Of a DNA stretch of 64,000 nucleotides, positions 60,101 through 64,000 are shown piece after piece. The notes under the pieces are model-generated. The model had not been told where the DNA came from. It did not search any database and worked only from the letters and a program-made list of their open reading frames with translations. The stretch comes from Lingula anatina. Taxonomy: Eukaryota > Animalia > Brachiopoda. Location of the stretch: positions 27,862,503 through 27,926,502 of the forward strand of contig CM120640.1 in the NCBI GenBank assembly GCA_051362555.1, read 5' to 3'. Position 1 is the stretch's first letter. Each line of letters opens with the position of its first letter. Made by a program: the position numbers and the translations under genes.

Positions 60101-62514
60101 ACTCGTTGATCGGGACGCCACGATACGAGGGAGGTGAGTGTTACTAAGAACTTATAAAATATTCAGTTACAAAAGGATTGCATCGAACATTCCGGACAGT
60201 GAATGCAACAGATACACCGTGTGCTTAAAATTGCTAAAACTCTGAAAAATTTCATATCCTTTGAAAAATACATTTATAGCATATACACGTATAAGTATAT
60301 ATGCTTACGTGGACCTGAACAATTGTCAACGTACTGAACTATGCACTGACATATAAAGAGCTATGAATGAACACACCCCATCTTTAGACTGCGAATCCAT
60401 GCATGGTCAAATTAGGCCAATAATAAGGGCAATAAGCACCTCTCCTATTCTTTTCATCCCCGTATATAGCAGAGAACAGTGACTATGAGTACCCGGGGGA
60501 CAAAGTCAAAATATTTCAGTGCAAATACAAAAGAGTCTAAGCAAACAAAGGGGGCAAAAATGTCCAATAAAAATAGCAAAGAAGAAGTAATAGGACGCAA
60601 TGACTCCCCTGAAATTATGCAGGCACCCAAAAGGCCACATTGTGAAATCTCAAACACCAGCGGTGAACTCTCTTTTGTCAGCGGTGATGAATCGGTATCC
60701 CTCATGACGAAACTGGAGGAGATTGAATATGAAATAAAGCAAACCGTTAAGAAGGAGGACCTTAGTGAAATTATCAAAACAGTTGTGAGCGAAACAGTCA
60801 AAGAATTGAATGCGAAGTTACAGGACCTGGAAATAAAAATTGATGAAATCAGAGAAAGTAGTAAAATAGAAAATGAGGAAAATAAAAGGAAAATAGGAGT
60901 TTTACAAGACAAAGTTGACGGGCTAGAGCTGGAGAATCATAATTTGAGACAAACATTACGAGAAAATGACCAATGCATCGACAAAATGAACAGAGCAATG
61001 AAAGAGGCTGCCAGGGTAGCTTCGTCGGCAATGATAAAAGCCAACCATAACGAACAATACAGCCGAAAGAACAATGTAAAAATATATGGCATCCCGGAGT
61101 CTGAATCGGGCGATCAGACAACTTCTGCCCTAGTAACTAAAACATTAAAAGAGAAGATACAGGATGAGGTGAAAGGCGATGATATTGTGGCGGTGCACAG
61201 GATTCCCGGCAAACCAGGGGAACCCAGGCCGATCATCTTAAAGTTAAAAAACACAGAGATAAAATCCCGTATCATGCGCAAAAGGGGTGAGCTAAAAAGG
61301 TCCGACAGAGCCCTGAGGCTAGCAGACGATGTTACAAAAGAAAATAAGGAACTACTTAAATTGCTGAACGACCATCCAGAATGCGAAAGTGCGTGGTATT
61401 TCAATGGCAGCATATATGCCAAGATTAACGGCAAGGAAGGCAAGAAAAAATTCGACATCGGGGACGATATTGGTAGATCCAAAATCTCAAAACACTGAGG
61501 GGGGAGGAGAGCATTTTTATCGCCCCCCCCCCCAACCCCTTTAACCAGTGCATCTGCTGAAGTATTGAACAGGTACAAAGAAACATTTTAGGCTTGCAAG
61601 ACTATCTTATAAGTATGTTAAACACGAATAGTTGTCTATGCAAATATTTCCAGTTCTGGTCTATTAGTCTTTCTGAAGTGATTACCCCAACATAAACTAT
61701 CACTGACAGACCTAATAGCCTAAGAGATACTAAGAGTGAATGAAAATCAGGGTATATCACATTAAATTTGTGTATGGACATATTTTAAGGCAAAAAAGTA
61801 AATGCAACTTCATCAGCTAAAATTCCAATTTTTGACAATCTTTTATAAAATAGTGGAGTTTTGGTCCTAATTAAGACTGCTTATTGATACTTAATCATTG
61901 TAGCTAAAACTCTATAACCAATTAAACATTATTTATGAGACAGGATTCTGATGAAGCCCTACTCATTCTGATGCACTTACTTTAAAGAGGCTAGGGTCAA
62001 GATCCATATCACCTTCAAATTTACCTAGCAATGACGAAGTTAAATTTTTGTATTGTTTATAAAGATATGTGTAGGTCATAACAAATGACAATGAAATATA
62101 AAAAATAAATAAATAAATAAACAAAAGGCACATTACAGACTTGCTTTATCTAAAATTCAATTTATGCTAATTCAAAGATCTTGCTATCTAAAAAAATTAA
62201 TGGTCTTTAAACAATATGCAGTAAACACCAATTTATAGACTCTCACAAAATGCAAAGTGAAAGCAATAGTTATCCATTGCATAAAGGGCAAATTACATAA
62301 TCAAAATAAAGCAATTTTTGCAACAAATAACCATTGTGACCAAACAACATGTTATTTTGTTAAAATATTGTTAGAAAAAACCCATCAAAGTAGAGATCAT
62401 TTTAGAAAGAGCTGGTAAGAAATGTCATACAAGGGCACTGTGTAAAATCCTTACCTCCCATTTCCTCAGGTGACACTCCTGGGGGAAGGTTGGGCTGTGT
62501 CCAGGACAGCAAAT
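53601..62514 (-). CDS. Astacin-family zinc metalloprotease with C-terminal MAM domain (meprin-like), 5'-incomplete; exons 62455-62514, 61981-62024, 59503-59578, 59050-59185, 58436-58611, 57822-58037, 57311-57349, 56801-56941, 56357-56619, 53601-53684
   Basis: Phase-compatible GT-AG exons. Prodomain PEEMGGKFEGDM; RNA activation site and RWPNGVVPY; zinc motif HELLHTLGFHHEQSRYDRD; Met-turn YDYGSIMHY; Thr/Pro linker; MAM domain CTFDRNLCGW...DDMDW...ARLLSP...CIDFYYHMYG...DIAVDNI. The signal-peptide exon was not found. Confidence 0.93.
54750..55019. mobile_element. hAT-type MITE with 8-bp target-site duplication
   Basis: Termini CAGGGGTAGATT / AATCTGCCAGTG, flanked by GTCTTGAC (54742-54749) and GTCTTGCC (55020-55027), a 7/8 match. 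Internal G/C runs. Confidence 0.75.
58333..58395 (-). pseudogene. Degenerate tandem duplicate of the 3' end of the astacin zinc-motif exon
   Basis: AATGAGCAGTGTCATTAATATAGAGACAATTATGCGACTGTAGCTTAC...CATCAG|GTAAGT aligns with the real exon CATGAGCAGAGTCGTTATGATAGAGACAATTATGTGACTGTAGTCTAC...AATCAG|GTCAGT. The copy has an in-frame TAA. Confidence 0.8.
59738..59906. mobile_element. Palindromic MITE-like element (169 bp)
   Basis: Perfect 32-bp inverted termini GATCCTGAAATTTTGATTTACCTGTTGACTGT / ACAGTCAACAGGTAAATCAAAATTTCAGGATC, plus an inner inverted repeat TTACCTGTTCA...TGAACAGGTAA. Confidence 0.8.
59907..61498 (+). mobile_element. L1/Tx1-clade LINE with intact 5' end and ORF1, ORF2 absent; inserted antisense in an astacin intron
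   Basis: Begins GGGGGGAGAACAAGATGGCGG (G-run plus YY1 site, like L1 5' termini), followed by a 5'UTR of about 580 nt and an uninterrupted ORF1. No endonuclease or RT ORF follows before the astacin exon at 61981. Confidence 0.85.
60485..61498 (+). CDS. LINE ORF1p (L1/Tx1-type: coiled coil + RRM + CTD), about 337 aa
   Basis: Heptad-rich coiled coil (LNAKLQDLEIKIDEIRE...LQDKVDGLELENHNLRQTL), EQYSRKNNVKIYGIPE, VAVHRIPG...PRPIILKL, LADDVTKEN, AWYFNGSIYAK. First ATG at 60485. Confidence 0.88.
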   Translation: MSTRGTKSKYFSANTKESKQTKGAKMSNKNSKEEVIGRNDSPEIMQAPKRPHCEISNTSGELSFVSGDESVSLMTKLEEIEYEIKQTVKKEDLSEIIKTVVSETVKELNAKLQDLEIKIDEIRESSKIENEENKRKIGVLQDKVDGLELENHNLRQTLRENDQCIDKMNRAMKEAARVASSAMIKANHNEQYSRKNNVKIYGIPESESGDQTTSALVTKTLKEKIQDEVKGDDIVAVHRIPGKPGEPRPIILKLKNTEIKSRIMRKRGELKRSDRALRLADDVTKENKELLKLLNDHPECESAWYFNGSIYAKINGKEGKKKFDIGDDIGRSKISKH

Positions 62515-63591
62515 CTATACAACAAAAACATTACAAAATTTCCTGATGTTGGCAATGAAGTAATATTTATTCAAATTGTTTGTTTTTTAATAGAGTTGAC
62601 ATTTGTGTCTGATTTATGGTATTGTAAGTTCCAATTCTAAAAACTGATACGACACAAAGGTTCACTGACAGAAGATCGTTATGCATGTACTACATTAATG
62701 CCTATGCATGCAAACTTGAAGTTTCTTAGGGATATATTTATTCAGTGAGTGGTACTATTACAGGTACATGTATACATCTACACAAGTCTGCCTGAGAGAC
62801 TAAAATGTGTTGCTAGATTAAAGTGTCATCCTTATAAAGTATTTCAGTATCATGTATCTTTAAAAAAAAACCTCTGCCACATTGAATTGGCAAAGCTACC
62901 CAACTTTGCAGCTAATTCTTGTTGCTTTCCAAGTAATCAGTGAGCCAATCTTGAATGTGTGACCACTTTCAAATACGGAGAATTAATTAAATTTTCCTCT
63001 TTTGACTTCCTTGTTATGTTTTAACTTTTAGTTTCACCTCAAATGCAAGCTAGATCTTTGACATAATGAAATTACTGCTCTTGAATAAAAATCACTTAAT
63101 CATTTTATTTCATAAAGTGAAAGTGCAAAGAAAGGGTAGGAGTTTATTTGGTTGAAGCCAAAGAAAGAAAAGTTTTTGAAAAAGACATGCTTGCAAATGA
63201 TACACGAATATGGCTCAGTAATAAATTGAAAATTGATTGATGATACAAGCCAGCAAAATAAGTTATGGTACATTAAACCTAAAAAACACACAATATATTG
63301 CAAAATAAAAATTTTGATGAAAAAAAAATGCAGCTTGCCATTGTTTGAAAGATCCTATTTTGACTGCTCCACTAACATATCAGATTACACCACAAAAAAT
63401 GTAAGGGAGTGATGACACATCCACTGTATTTCTAGGTATAACCTGTATCTGCAAAAAACATGTCCTTATCATCATTCAGCCATGAGGAACACCCAGGGAA
63501 AACAATGCATGTGATCCCCCTTGTGCAATCGTTCTGGTTAGCCTCAGCTAGCAAAGCTCCCTCAAACCTTTATTTTCCTTGTTGGAATAAG

Positions 63592-63626
63592 TATAAAAGC
63601 AACAGAAATTTATGAAAGTTTCAGAT
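63592..63626 (+). promoter_or_regulatory. TATA box plus initiator for the secreted-protein gene
   Basis: TATAAAAG at 63592-63599 with TCAGAT about 29 nt downstream, which is canonical TATA-Inr spacing. Confidence 0.55.
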
Positions 63627-63653
63627 ACAATTGTGCATTGATATCAGTTCAAT

Positions 63654-63881
63654 ATGGAGCTGTGCAAGAAAGTCATGTTTATTGTGTTCCTATTTGCACT
63701 GGCAATCACTTTGTCACAAGAAACAAGAGCTTTAGGGCTTTATGGAGAGGATCTGGAAACTGGCACTATGGGGTTTAAAGATGTTGCAGAACTACTGCTA
63801 CAAGAGATGCGTTGCCGCAGCATTCAAAACAAACAACAGAGACAAATCAACCTGCTGGGGAATCTGGCAAGAAAGTTGCAG
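63654..63881 (+). CDS. First coding exon of an unidentified secreted protein or possible peptide precursor (79 aa to 63893 if unspliced)
   Basis: TATAAAA at 63592, Inr-like TCAGA at about 63621, ATG at 63654. Signal-peptide-like MELCKKVMFIVFLFALAITLSQETRA, then a helical-looking segment ending at a CAG|GTAATC donor. Confidence 0.65.
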
Positions 63882-64000
63882 GTAATCCAATAACTCAGTT
63901 TGTATTTTCTGGGTGTTTAAGGGTGGTTGGAAACAGAGGCATGTGTTCCCTCAAAAATCATGAATTTGAATATAAGTGATTTCAAGATGGGTGATATATT

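Noticed and set aside
60454-61578. Minus-strand ORFs of 152 and 154 aa overlapping ORF1
   Set aside because: Antisense shadows of the A-rich ORF1 with no recognisable motifs.
63100-63303. Minus-strand ORF as candidate astacin signal-peptide exon
   Set aside because: It starts at a non-ATG codon, lacks a clear signal peptide and has no in-phase donor.

Overview
AT-rich (~35% GC by eye), intron-rich animal genomic DNA. Gene content and repeat types suggest a marine invertebrate, probably a lophotrochozoan or mollusc (inference). It is not prokaryotic and has no CRISPR array, rRNA or convincing tRNA. From left to right it holds: the 5' part of a tetraspanin gene (-), head-to-head with a complete 10-exon mitochondrial ATP synthase alpha gene (ATP5F1A, +); a complete 5-exon RIT/Ric-type Ras GTPase (-); a repeat-rich, gene-poor stretch of about 40 kb with two intronless class-A GPCRs (an orphan FMRFamide/sex-peptide/GPR139-like receptor and a bombesin/CCHamide-type receptor); an astacin + MAM metalloprotease gene (-) whose first exon was not found; and the first coding exon of an unidentified secreted protein (+), apparently nested antisense in the astacin gene. 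Mobile DNA includes CR1/L2-type LINE remnants, two Tc1/mariner relics, hAT-type MITEs and Helentron-like hairpin elements. The most unusual structures are (1) a 5'-intact L1/Tx1-like element with an open ORF1 but no ORF2, fused exactly to the end of a palindromic MITE, (2) a fold-back Tc1 built from two inverted transposase 3' halves, (3) a Helentron-like element whose internal palindrome is long in one copy and collapsed in another, and (4) the nested secreted-protein gene. I found no evidence for a wholly new multi-gene system. All comparisons were made by eye, without database searches.
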